Of a DNA stretch of 64,000 nt, positions 14,900 to 27,379 are shown one piece after another. The translations under genes were made by a program, and so were the position numbers. This stretch comes from Camelus ferus (taxonomy: Eukaryota). The notes beneath the pieces are model-generated. The model saw nothing but the letters and a program-made list of their open reading frames with translations, was not told the origin of the DNA and searched no databases. The stretch's first letter is position 1. Each line of letters opens with the position of its first letter. The stretch is taken from assembly GCF_009834535.1 (NCBI RefSeq), contig NC_045697.1:14758001-14822000 (forward strand). The letters run 5' to 3'.

Positions 14900-15392
14900 T
14901 TTCAGTGGCTTCCCGGTGAAAATAGAAGAAAACCCAGAGTCCCTGCCATGGCTGGGTATGGTGTGCCCTTGGCCACCCCTCCACCATTACTACCGCCACT
15001 TCCAGCACACTCTGCTCCAGTTCCACTACCCCTACCGCATTCCTTGGACACAAGAAACACACTTCTAGCCAAAGGCTATTGTACTTGGTCAAGTCTGCAT
15101 GGAATCCTCTTGTTCCAGACTCGACTGTCTCACACACTCTCATTTCTTTTCATTACTGGCAGGGAAGTCAGTTCTTCAGAAAGACCTTTCCTGACCACTC
15201 TAACACCTGCTATATTTTTTGCTTTATTAAGTATCAGATTATATATTCCTTTGTTCCTTTTGTCTTGCTTCCCCAATAGTACACACATTTCATAAGGCCT
15301 TGGATTGTGCTCATTACTGTGCTTAGAATCGTGTGTGGAGTGTGTGGTAGAGACACACACATTTAATGAATGAACAAGTGAATGAATGAATT
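14900..15392 (+). mobile_element. L2 LINE 3' fragment
   Basis: L2 3'UTR motifs (cttcagaaagacctttcctgaccactcta) ending in (TGAA)n-like repeats. Confidence 0.7.
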
Positions 15393-18300
15393 CTACTATA
15401 ACTATTCTGTCTCCCATACATTTTTGTAGCATTTATAGTTCATATCTCAAACTTTAGCAGATCAGCTTGCAAGAACACAGGTTTGGTCTCTCTCCTTAAG
15501 GCTGCATCCCCAGTGTCTAGAACACTGGCTGACCCTTGGGAGCTGCTCAGTAAATAATCTTAACTGTTGTTTACTGTGGAAATAAAAAGTTCCTGTACTG
15601 TAGTTTCAAGAAAGGAAATGAGTGATTGGTTTTTGATTATAGTAACAAGTAGCACCAGAACCAGTTTTAAACCCAACCCAGTCGATCAATGACAACTTCC
15701 CATTAATAATAACCACTCTTGGGAAAGCCTAAAACTCTATACAACATTAGCAGTGCTTTGCTCTGAGCAACTATATCCTATAAGTGCAGCTCTCAGTTGC
15801 TTAGCAAGTAATGAATTCAGGTTTTGGTTTCAGATATTGAGTGGTGGCCTCCTTTTTTTGGAAAGAAAGACGATGGTGCCTAGCCATAATGGCAAAACAC
15901 ACAAATCATTTATAATATCTGAGAGCTGTCTCTAAGCACAAACAAAAACTAACTCATTTCAATCCATACAACAAACAGTAGAGGGAGGTGCTATGATTAT
16001 TCCCATTTAAGATATAAAGAATCTGATGTACCCAGGGTTGAGGTGCTGATGCAAGGTCATAAAACTAATAAATGTTAGAGATGGGGTTTAATTATTATTA
16101 AATCCAATTATTTTGGCTTCAGAGTGTGTGCTTAGCATCTATATGCCATGGCCTCTCTGTAAGAACTGAACCATATCATTGGTACATTTTTAGCAGTAAG
16201 ATTCATCTTGATAATGTTAAACACTTTTCAAATAACTGCCTCCAACAGCCTGGGCGGTGGGGGTAAATCTCAAGCAGAGAGGTCAAGACAGGACTCTGTG
16301 AGATGGTGCAAGCAGTGAGAGAGGTGCTTCCTGCTTTTAACAATCAGTGATGAACAATTAGGATGAGCACCCTTGTGATCTGTATATGTATGCCTATTGG
16401 TTATTAAGCCTGGGCCTCCCAGAAACTCATCCACTGGGCCCACTAAACGACTGTCAGGGTGTAATGACTCTCTATCACTAACTTATTCAGACAAGTCATC
16501 AAGGTGGAAAACACCCCCATTTATGGCCAAGTCCCTCAACCTAAGGATTCTCTGTGGTAGCAACTCTCTCTAATGATAACGCTAAGCCACAGAACAACTT
16601 TCCATCACCCACATCTTAGGACCACAGTGCCTGGTCCACTAGCAGAATAATTAAAGAGAGCTGTAATTTGGATAACTAATTGGTAGAGATTAGATTATGT
16701 TTAAAGTTTACTGTCTGACTATAATCCATTAGATTTTTTTCTCTGCAGAGAAGAGCCTGTCAAAATCAAGCCACTCAGGAAATTATTTACTCTTTCTGGG
16801 ACTCTATTTCTTGATTTATGAAATGATTGATTTGGAATTGGTGATTTCTGAAGGATTTTCCCTTTTATGAAGACTTGATAAATCAGAGCTTTGATTATGT
16901 GATTTATAAATGTATCTTTCCTTCTTTTTTCCTCTTCCTCATTCTCTTTTTGTTCATTATCATAGCTGTGTTTTTACAAAAAAAAAGCCTCTACATAAAA
17001 GCAGAAGCAAAAATAAAAAAGTCAAATTTTTAAAAAGCAACTATTTTCTTTAATTTGTAGGCATAGTCTGTAAAAAAGTTTATGTTAAATATGGCTTTTA
17101 TTTATCTGTGAAAACTTTCTCTTATTTCTGAATACTTACCTTCTGTAGCCATAGTGAATGTCATCTGGATCAGTGGCACTATGAGGGCATTGGAACTAAC
17201 CCAGAATCCTTCACTTAGTCCCCTGTGACCTTGAGCAACTCATTAGTCTCTCTGGATAACACCTACAGTCTCGCTTGGCTGATAAGATAATTCCAGGTCC
17301 TGGCATATGTAACACTTTTTTCACCCCGTTTGTTTTATAGTGAGTGCTCAGCTAAGGTAAGCTTTCTTAACTCCCTTGGACTCTGTCCCCCATAACTAGA
17401 ATTATCTGTGTTCCTCCATGGTTTAATACCTGCAGGTAATGGCTGGAGTATGTGTTTTCTGTTGATGACCTGATGACCATCCTTAACAAGGCTAAAAACC
17501 CAACTGAGGCTTGTGTTTTACTATAAATTAACGCTGGATGCACTTGATCCAAAATCCCACTCCAGTATAGATCATCTTATTACCCTTGTCCATGCTCTAA
17601 TCAGACCCTCCCATAAATCTCAGACCCTCTTGCAAATAACCCCTCTTCTGGATTCAGGGTCTCATCTTTACACCATAATATTGTATGTACAGTTTTCTCC
17701 TTCACCAGCTCTTCTCTGTCCCATCTTTTCCCAGCAGTTCCACCTGTCACCCATAGACAAACCAGACAGAAATTGGGCTCAGTTTGAGAATGAACACATT
17801 ATCTACTTTCTTCTCAAATTTTACCCCAGGGCCCAACTGAAGACTGTCTTTCATTTGACTGAAATTTAATGCAGATTCATTTATGCTGCAAGATTTTGTC
17901 TAATTTATAAGATAGGGGCTTTATAATGTTCTCTATGATGTATTAGTACAGTCAGTATGTCTGTCAGTATGAACATTTTTGCTTATTAAAAAATGTTAGT
18001 GACTAAGAGCGTTTCACACATAAAATATATTCAAGAAAGGCTTGTAGAGAGACTTAAGGATACTTAACACTTTCTCCCCTTCACCAAATTATTTGCCACA
18101 GCCAACACGCTATAATGTCTGGAAAATTAAAATTATAGAGTAGGATCTAGAAACTGATAGCCTGAGTTGGAATTCCATCTTTATGACTTACTTACAGGTT
18201 GAGCAGCCTTGAGCCAAGTTACTTTGCCTCCATAGCCCTAAGTTTTCTCATCTCTAAATTGAGAACGGTAGTATCTACCTCAGAGGGCCAGGGTGAAGAT

Positions 18301-21300
18301 TAGAGATTAGCATATTACTACTAATATTAATTCTACACTACACTATACTTGTTTAACACTTTAATACATAGTTTAATACTACACTGTGTCCAACACTTGC
18401 CTTGTCTATTGGTAACCCTCAATAAAAGCAAGGTGTTAATATTATTTATTATTATGTCATTTTATGGATAAAAAAGTGAGGATTTCAGAAGTCAGGTAAC
18501 AGCCCAAAATCATATGACTATTAAGAGGTGAAGCAGTAATTAAAATCCAAGCAAAATAATTCTGGATCCTCTGAGTGTAATCTCTGAACATACTAAATCC
18601 TCTTCTTCCAATACTCCCTTTGCAGACATTAATATTCTTGAAATATAACTAAAAAAGACTATAAACAAAATCAAATGGTATAAGTATTCCCTTAAGTCCA
18701 CTCCTAAATAGTGTAAAAAATATGTTAAAGTTTTTTAATATCTCTATAAGTTATTTTATCTTCCTTAAGAATTTCAGTTTAGAAAGACTTCTCTGTTAGT
18801 CCAGATACACATCAGCTTTGGCACTCCACAGCATCTGGAGAAGCTGAATGCTAGGAGAATTTAAAAAGAGTCTGTTTTGTAAATGTCAACTAAGCTATCT
18901 GAGATAGAAATAACTGCCCCTTCCCAGCCATCTCCAGCCTCTCAGTTCTCATTAAACATCATGGAATGGTCACACACTCGTACTGTTTTCCAGTTGGCCC
19001 AATTTACTGAAAGACTCAACACATCTTGTGCGTCTGACAATAGTGTAAGACAACTGAGAACTTGAGTTCTGAAAATCCATCTCTGTGTGTACGGCTAGTG
19101 CCTTGTTTAGACCTCTTGAGAAAGCTTGTATTACAGTATTATAGATATCTGCTAAATAAAGTAAGTTCAATAAATAGAAAAGAAATTCTAATGTGTATTC
19201 TTCAAAGGACTTAGATTATTGGTTTCTTTTTGTCTTTTTACTGAAGACCATTACCAATATAAGATTTTTTTTCCCAAGTCATGCGTGTTATTGCATTTTT
19301 GTAAAATTTTGCCTCTTATCAAGGTTAGTAGCTGGGGGAAGGATGGTCCTTTCTTAGTTCAGTAACTACTTCAGCATGATTTAATACATATTTGGATGAA
19401 AAGTAGATCTTTTCACAGTCCAGTGTTGCATATGAAGATAATGAAATAGCTTTGCCATTAAAATTTGATTCAATTTATCCCTGGAATGTGTTAACAGAAA
19501 ACCACTTTCATTTTTATAGCTGGAAAAGAAGTAATTTACTCTTGTGAGGTTTTAGGAGTATTCCAGACCAGAATAACTCTGGAACTTCCTAAAAGACTCA
19601 CTGAGTAGAGAGAGCCTGTGAATTCAAAACACTGATATTGTGCATTATTCTCAAAACTTTGCTGAAGTCAAAACTATTATTTGCACGCACACTGACCTGA
19701 TATTAAGATTTCTTTTCTTAAAAAGAAAACATTGAAGTTTGAATTACAAAAAGAAGAAAAAGAAAAGAACTGAACTTTAAAAATTTAATAAATTATAACA
19801 TGAGGTGCTTATTTGTTGTTGAAACCCCATGTAAGTTTTGAGAAACTCTATCACAAGGCTGCCTGAAATAGCAGCCCCAAATGTCAAATTCTCGCACTAC
19901 AAGAAAGGACATTTCTTTATTCTCCTGAAATACAATGGAAATCTCCCTGAGGTATGATGAACTATCCCAGTACGGAAGAGGAGGAAAGATGAGCCTAGCA
20001 GTAACACTGCATAACAATCCCAAAGTAGGCTGTTGATACCTATTTCATAAGAAATGATACATTTTATATAAATGATCAAATTTTAATTACCTGATAGATT
20101 CACAGAACTCTCAAAATGGAAAGTTCCAGGGAGATTACCGAGCTCAGTTTTCTCACTTTAGACAACTGAAGAGGCGAAGTGACTTATCCAAGGTTAGAAA
20201 GCAAGAGAAGGGCAGAGAAGGAGTAAGAATTTGTACTCCTACTATTGTTTTATTTTCTCATGTTGAAGAATGTTACTACTAAACGCAAATGTTTTTGTTT
20301 ATAAAAACATGCTGTGGCTCTAGGTATAGCACTGTGTGTTTATGCATATCATATATAGACTGGAAGAGATGGACTCAGGACATCCAGGACACACTCCACA
20401 GTCTTTTACAAAGAATTGGAGCTCAAAGTACTCAAAGATAAACAAATACAAGTATTTCAAATTTTACTGTTACCGATTTATTTTGAGTTCATTTTCTATA
20501 CATATTTAAAGCAAGATAATAACTACATTATGCAGACATAGTATTATAATATGCCCTTGAGAGCATAATGCATTGTAATAATACAAGAAACCCTTACATT
20601 CGGAATGATGACTAAGTGTAAGACAGTTAGAAGTCTAGATGAAAAGGTTTAATTATTTAAGGGGAAAAAAACTCAAAATTATCCTCATAAGGCTTTAACC
20701 TAGGTTCAAATTTTTGTACTTAATAGTCAGATTTTCTTTACTAGGTCACTTGAGCAGACAGAAATAGGAAAGGTGAAAGAAATAACTACCCCCAACTTAG
20801 ATATGTAAAATGATGGAGGGGGACAAGAACTCTTATTTGAAAATAAATCTGGATGAAATGAGCATCAGTTTATTTTTAAGGAAGCTTCAGAAAATATATG
20901 AAGATGCTATTTTGATATTAAATGCTGTTATCCTTTTCATTCATTAAAATTAGGCTGTAACTTTAAAGTATACACATTCTTATCCATAGATTCAAACCAT
21001 ATACAATGAAATATAGCATATCAGTCTATTTGTTTTGTATCTCCAGTAAACAAAGTACGTGGCCAACTTAAATCGGGTTTTGAAGGGTTTCTGACTCTAG
21101 CATTGACTTTGGGGATAAGTCTTACACAAACTCCAAAATGGAAAGCACTATTGTTCTCCTTCTTTATCAACTTTTACATACTGAGTATTAATTCCTCCTT
21201 AATGTGGTCATTAACATTTTACCACTTCAAAATACTTCTAAAACCCGGAAATAAGACACGCGTTTATCTTGAAGTTTATGAGAACGTACAGTCTCTCCAC

Positions 21301-23012
21301 AGTATTAGTACAATGTTGGTCTGGAAAATGCTGATATTGTAAAATATAAATTATGAGATAGACACTGTTCATACAAACCAGTACAGTTTGAAATGTAAGT
21401 AATAAATAATTAGAAAAAATAGCTTCATAAAGGTTAGCAGACCTTAGAGGAAGGAAACACATGCTCTCATTTGGGGGAGTAAATGCTGGTGCTTCTGAAA
21501 CAAAGCCAATATTAGCGGTGGTTTCATCAAAAAATGCAGAGTAAAGCTCTCAACAAAAGAATTTTAAAAATGACTGCACATCATCCATGAAATCAGGTGA
21601 AAAAACAGTCCCTCAGCATAGCTAGAAATACCAACACTACTCCAAGGAACTGTCAGTCTCAAAGAGAATAAAAACCAGGGCATTAAAATGGGAGGTGCCA
21701 ATCACATTTGCCAGAAAAATAACACACACTAAAGAGCAGAGACGCTAAACCAAGTTATTGGTGTCATAACAATGCATAAGATAACATCAATTTTAATGAT
21801 CAGTCACTACTTCTAGAATTTAGAATTTTATCCTCTTTGGAGAACTACAAATATTGCCATCAGAGATGGCTGCAAAAAGCATTTTGCAAACTTATTTTAA
21901 GATTACTTTAACAAACCCTGCTTTCCACCATCCCCCCACGCAACCAGTTACAAATGTAGGTTTCTATAACCTACATCAGAGTGACACACTTACTGTAATT
22001 TGACGTTTGCTATTTGTAAAAGCAGTCTTATTTATGTCACATGTGGCAATCATTCTCTGGAGGACTGGATTAGTTGTGATGTAAATACATTTATAATATA
22101 TTTGCATTTTCACCCAGGTTTAAAATTTGAGGCAAGAAGAATATCAAAGCATAACTACGTCAAATATCTCCTAGGGATGCTTTCAAAAACTGCTCTGACA
22201 ACTTTACAGAAACAATAACTGGCAGTATGCAAAAATACTCTCATATATGTTCTGCACAGTAAGAAAACAATAATAATGTACTCAGATTCTAAAGAAACAC
22301 TGAATTCAGGAAGAGATACAGGCAAATACACACCTTATTTTTTAAAGAAAGATGATTTTTAAGGAGAATAGGGGAATGAGACTGATGAATGTAAACAGCA
22401 ACACTTGAAAAACAATTGGCTATTTGGAATCTATGTTAAAGTCTATCATATGAGTTGGGACTCTGTCCCTTAGAGTCTCCGATGGGATGTAAAATAGGTA
22501 ATATAGATACTTATTGTGAAAACCTTATAAAAAGCTTGTCATTTACAGGCTCCAATTCTAATAAGAAATAATAATCAATGTATAAGCAATTCCATGTGAT
22601 GAATGCATTTACATAGCAAGAAACAAGTGGACCTCACAATATATCCAAATAAAATTTGCTGATACAATAAAAGGGGACATTAGATAAAATAATCTGACAT
22701 CATATGGACTAAACTCTCTCAATATAAGCAGATAAAGCAATTATAAACCTTCTATCTCCTCAGTTTAGGTGCTAACATTTTGATTCAAAGTGTTTCTCAT
22801 AGTTTTAACATTCTTTTGCTCTGAAAACATTACTGAAACTTACAAAAAGTTTATTTAATTAATCTTTCCTACCCTGAAAAACCTGCCTCTCTTCATGTCC
22901 ACCCCAGAGTAACATTTCTCTGATCTCATTTCAGGTGCCTCTTATACTCGCTTAAGAAATTTTTATTGCAAAGCAGATAATTTTTAGAAGTCACTAAAAA
23001 GCACTCCCTTAC

Positions 23013-23112
23013 CTTCTAAACCTGCTTCAATCAGCCCAAACTGTTCCAATAATTTAACAAAAAGCACAATGACGATCAGAACTGCTATCATTTCAAGCCC
23101 TTCCAAGTTCAT
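23013..23112 (-). CDS. KCNIP4: KCNIP4 alternative first coding exon of the KChIP4a isoform (KIS domain, 33 codons + 1 nt)
   Basis: Reverse complement reads gaccATG AAC TTG GAA GGG CTT GAA ATG ATA GCA GTT CTG ATC GTC ATT GTG CTT TTT GTT AAA TTA TTG GAA CAG TTT GGG CTG ATT GAA GCA GGT TTA GAA G|GTAAG = MNLEGLEMIAVLIVIVLFVKLLEQFGLIEAGLE, which I recognise as the KChIP4a N-terminus. The donor is canonical and phase 1 (GT at 23012-23011), compatible with the following D codon of DSVEDELE in the shared core exon outside the window. The start has A at -3. Confidence 0.96.
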
Positions 23113-23118
23113 GGTCAG

Positions 23119-23184
23119 CTAGGTCATGGTCCGACCACAGCTACTGAGAAGTGCTCCTCTGCCTGGCTTTCTTTGTAAAGCCAT
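23119..23184 (-). promoter_or_regulatory. uORF MALQRKPGRGALLSSCGRTMT* in frame with the KChIP4a start, containing a nested ATG-ACC-TAG mini-uORF (23127-23119)
   Basis: Read directly: ATG at 23184, 21 codons, TAG at 23121-23119, then CTG ACC and the main ATG at 23112. Confidence 0.7.
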
Positions 23185-23188
23185 TAAA

Positions 23189-23194
23189 CTACAT
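23189..23194 (-). promoter_or_regulatory. start-stop uORF (ATG TAG) in the KChIP4a leader
   Basis: Minus strand reads cttaATGTAGtttaATGgct. Confidence 0.6.
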
Positions 23195-23210
23195 TAAGAA
23201 GGCTACTGCC

Positions 23211-23350
23211 AGAGGAGAAGGGGAGGAGGAGAGCTAGAGAGAGAGAGGGAGAGAGAGAGGAGAGAGAGAGGAGAGAGACGGAGAGAGAGAGGAGAGAGGG
23301 AGAGAGAGAGAAAGAGAAAGGAGACGAGATGGAGAGGCTGAGAGAGAGGG
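23211..23350 (-). repeat. GA-rich (+) / CT-rich (-) low-complexity tract; candidate polypyrimidine tract or promoter-proximal GAGA element
   Basis: About 140 nt of almost pure purines on + (GAGAGA/GGAGAG), directly upstream of the KChIP4a leader. Confidence 0.85.
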
Positions 23351-23379
23351 CGTGAATGAGAGAAAATGCATCCATCCTG

Positions 23380-23665
23380 TCTACTGTAGCGGAGGCCAGA
23401 AGTGGCAGCCGGATAAGGTCGGGCCTGTCGGAATTATCGGCTTCCTCGTTATCACTCTCACACAGAGACAGCCACGCTTGAAGTAACACGCAGATCGCCC
23501 GAAGACCCGGGAGGTCACCAGGAAGGTCCTGAGGAAACAGGACTCACGGCAGTGATGGCTCGTCGGTCGCCCCGGGACCAGCGAGCCCGCGCAGCCAGTG
23601 GCTTTGTTGGGCTGGTCAGTTGCCTTGGAAACGGAAACTAACCAGGGGCTGGACTCCCGCTGCAG
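23380..23665 (-). promoter_or_regulatory. KCNIP4: CpG-rich alternative promoter region for the KChIP4a transcript
   Basis: Strong local CpG/GC enrichment (e.g. cgtcggtcgccccggg, gcgagcccgcgc) in an otherwise CpG-depleted window, with no recognisable repeat, immediately 5' of the coding exon on the minus strand. Confidence 0.7.
23619..23632. promoter_or_regulatory. RFX X-box-like motif GTTGCCTTGGAAAC
   Basis: 12/14 match to the palindromic X-box GTTGCCATGGCAAC, at the upstream edge of the CpG patch. Confidence 0.6.
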
Positions 23666-24439
23666 ACAGAGACCAGAGCACTGCATCTTGAAACAAGAAG
23701 AAAAACCTGAAAATGCTGAGAGGCAAAGTGACAGCTTAGAATCAGCTGCTTCAGAAACCCTGTTTACTAGTCAGGGAAAGCAGTGTGTGTTTTGTCCCAA
23801 CTAGCTGAGTGCAGAGAGAAATGAGGCTTACGGGAGTCATTCAATATTGACTTTCGTTTTTCAATGAGTTGCTTTATCCTAGGGCTCTGTGTGAGTCACT
23901 GTGAACTAATACTCTGGTTTGCATAGTAACTATCACACTGTTTCAAAGCATGGGTATGATAAACTAGTAAGTACTCTTAATATTTGTAAATTTTAGAGTT
24001 GAGCAGTTACCTTATGCATTAGGTCAATGCTCTTCAGTGCGTGCGTGCATGCGTGTGTGTGTGTGTATTTCATTGTGTACCTCCTGTGCTTGTTTGTTTT
24101 CAATTGATTTGAGTAAATCTGGAGCCAGAGAAAGTTTGAGAAAAGGAAGAAAAGTCAATCAGAAACAAAACCTGTTTGGAGTTTCTGTCTCTAACTTGCA
24201 CAACCAATCCATGTTTATGTTTCCCCCATTACTGACCAAGTAGCTCAGACCCATGTTAAAATATAGGGTTTAAAAAACACAAGAGTTAGAAAGCATCTCA
24301 GAAACCCAAATCAAGTCACCTATTTCAGAGACAAGCAAACTGAGGCTCAAGGAAGAGGAAGAACGATCAGGCAAAGGCAGAACAGGATAGTATGCAGGCA
24401 TTCTTAACTCCTGGTGGCTTTCGAAGCAATACTGAGCAG

Positions 24440-24650
24440 TGGTTTGGAGGATGGACTCTAGAGCCTGACTGCCGGGATTCAAGTCTGACCTCTTACTAGC
24501 TGTGTGACCTTGGGTAAGTTATTTAACATCTCCATGCCTTAATGTCCTCATCTGTGAAAGGAGGCATGGTAATACCCCTGAGCTCAGTGGACTGTTGAGG
24601 GAATTCATGAACAGTACTTTCAGAACAGAGTAAGTGCTCAGTCGCTACCA
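24440..24650 (+). mobile_element. MIR SINE
   Basis: ttactagctgtgtgaccttgggtaagttatttaacatctccatgccttaatgtcctcatctgtgaaa. Confidence 0.8.
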
Positions 24651-25838
24651 GCTCCTGTCTCTGTCACAAGTCCCTCCATGCTCTATGCATACCACACAGA
24701 GTTGCCAGGGCAATCATTTTGAGATGCAACCCTTATCTTATCATACCCTTAATGGAAAAAGCTTCCGTGGCTCCCTATCTGCCCAATGAATACAGCCCAA
24801 GATCCTTGGAATAGCATCGTGGTCTCAACATGATCTGGTACCAGCTTGAGGACTGCACATCAGCCCTACATCTGTTCATCCACTCTACCTGACAGCTCAC
24901 AGTCCTTCCAAACTCATCCTGAGCTTCTCCATCTCCAAGTTCTGTTCAAAAAACATTGCATGTATTTGGAAAACTCTTTCCACACCAACTCTGCCTTTCA
25001 AACTCCTAAAACTCTTCCATGAAACTTCTCCAAGCAGAATTAGAGGAAATCTCTCCCATTTTGGGTGATTTTAGAGGACTTTAAAAAAAAAACTTAGAAT
25101 ATATTATCTTACAGCCACTTGGGAGCACATCTTTACAACTTAAGGGTATGTTTCCAGAGGGAAGAAATCATATCTTTCTTACATTTAAGCTCCCCACATG
25201 CCTCCATGGAGGGCACATCATGCTTCATAGATGTATGGAATAGATATTTGTTGGATAACAATAGTCAGCATTAATTATGTAATTGCCACATACTGCATGC
25301 TTTACATTCCTTGCTTTTCCCTCTTAGTCACTCTGAAAATATGTATAACTACATAAGATTTACAGAGAAACACTAAGCCTCAGAGAGCTTAAATAGCAGG
25401 CTCAAGATCACGCCACTGTTGAGTGATGGGACCAAGATTCAAACTCTGATTTGTTCAACACAAAGCCCATTATTTCTGTCCATTATTCCACACAACTTTC
25501 AATGAATTAAAAATTCAAGCACTGGCACAAGTACTTGTCAGCCAGGAATGAAGGCTACACCCAAAATGAGCTTCACAGACTGTTTTGCAACATTCTAATT
25601 AATCCATTAACTCCTTGTAACTTTGCAACATGAGAAGTTTCCAAACTAGTAGTTAACTAAATTCATGGATCTTCCTTCCTGCTCATTCACAGGATTATTA
25701 TAATTTAAACACACATAGCCTGTGGTCCCTAGATAGGATTTTTCTACCCCTGGGAACTCAATATAGCCCTTTGATTTGCCCCATAAATGAAAGTCAGTGA
25801 TTAGGGTTTTTGTGTTCACATTTAAAATTGATGTCCTG

Positions 25839-27027
25839 GTAACAAAAGCAAAGATAAACAAGTGGGACTACACAATTTAAAAAGCTTCTGCACAGCCAAA
25901 AAAAATCAACAAAATAAAAAAGGCAATCTGTGGAATGGGAGAAAATATTTGCAAACCATGTATCTGATAAGGGGGTAATATTCAAAATATATAAGGAACT
26001 CATACAACTGAGTAGTAAAAAAAGACAAATAACTTGATTTTAAAATGGCCAAAGGTCCCGAATAGACACTTTCCCAAAAAAGACATACAGGGCCAACATA
26101 TTATGGAAGTTGCTCAATATCATTAATCATCAGGGAAATGCAAATTGAAACCTCAACGAGGTATCACTTCACACTTGTTAACATTGCTATACTGAAAAAG
26201 ATAAAAGATGAGTATTGGCAAGAATGATGAGAAAGGGGAATTTTGTGCACTGTTGGTGGTGGGAATGTAATTGGGACCATCATTAGGGGAAACATAAGAT
26301 ATCTCAAAAAATTAAAAAAGAATTACCACGTAATTCATCAACCTCTCTTCTTGGTATATATTCAAAGGAAATGAAATCAGTACTTTGAAGAGATACCTGC
26401 TCTCTCATGTTCGTTGCATTATTATTTACAATAGCCAAGACATAGAAACAACCTAAGTGTCTGTCAATGGGAAAATGGATAAAGAAATTGTTATACACAC
26501 ACACACACACACACACACACATGAACATTATCCTGCCTTGAAAAATAAGTTATCCTGCCATTAGTGACAACATGGATGAATCTGGAGGACATTATACTTA
26601 GTGAAAAGAGTCAGACACAGAAAGAAAAATACTACATGATCTCACTTATATAAGTGGAATCTAAAAACACTGAATTCATAGAAGCAGAGAGTAGAATGGT
26701 GGTTATCAGGGGTGGGGAGGTGGGGCAAATGAGTAGATACTGGTCAAAGGGTACAAAGCTGCAGTTACATAGGATGAATAAATTCTAGCAATTTAAAAAC
26801 TTGATATACATCATGATGACTATAGTTAGTAATACGGTACTGTATACTTGAAATTTGCTAAGAGATTAGATTGCTGGTGCTCTCAGGACAAAAAAAGGTG
26901 GTAACTCTGTAAGGAGATAAATATGTTAATTAGCTTGACTATAGTCATCATTTCACTATGTACATATATATCAAAATATTGTATTGTACACCATAAATAT
27001 ATACAATTTTTATTAGAATAAATAAAA
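25839..27027 (+). mobile_element. 5'-truncated L1 (L1MA-type) ORF2 C-terminus plus 3'UTR, with an internal (AC)13 at 26495-26520
   Basis: Degenerate ORF2 end (tggaatgggagaaaatatttgcaaacc ... tacatgatctcacttatataagtggaatctaaaaa) followed by an L1MA-type 3'UTR and an A-rich end. Confidence 0.85.
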
Positions 27028-27379
27028 TGAACTAGATGCTCTTGGACTGAGAGCTGCGTGTAGGCAGCTTGCTAGTGAAAAGTGCCAGAATAAGGATCTT
27101 TCTACTCGATCTGGATGCCACGGTTTCACAGTTATGGGTTCGTTTGGAGCCGAATTGTCCTTCCAAGTGCCTGTGGGGTTTCCTCTCAGACTGGTCACCC
27201 CATAAGCTCAGGCCTTTGCCGGTGGTTCTGTCTATTGGAATGCTTATTCCCAGAGTGCTGATGAATAAGCGACTTGATTCAGGTTTTGGCTCTCGAGCCC
27301 CATCACAGAGAGGCCCTCGCTGACTGCACCACATGGGAAAACCAGCACGCTGTCCCCCTGGCCCTAGACTCACTGCTTT

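Noticed and set aside
23184..23804. 101-aa, 101-aa and 68-aa ORFs over the promoter
   Set aside because: By-products of GC-rich and CT-repeat sequence (SLSLS runs) with non-ATG starts; the real coding exon is at 23112-23013.
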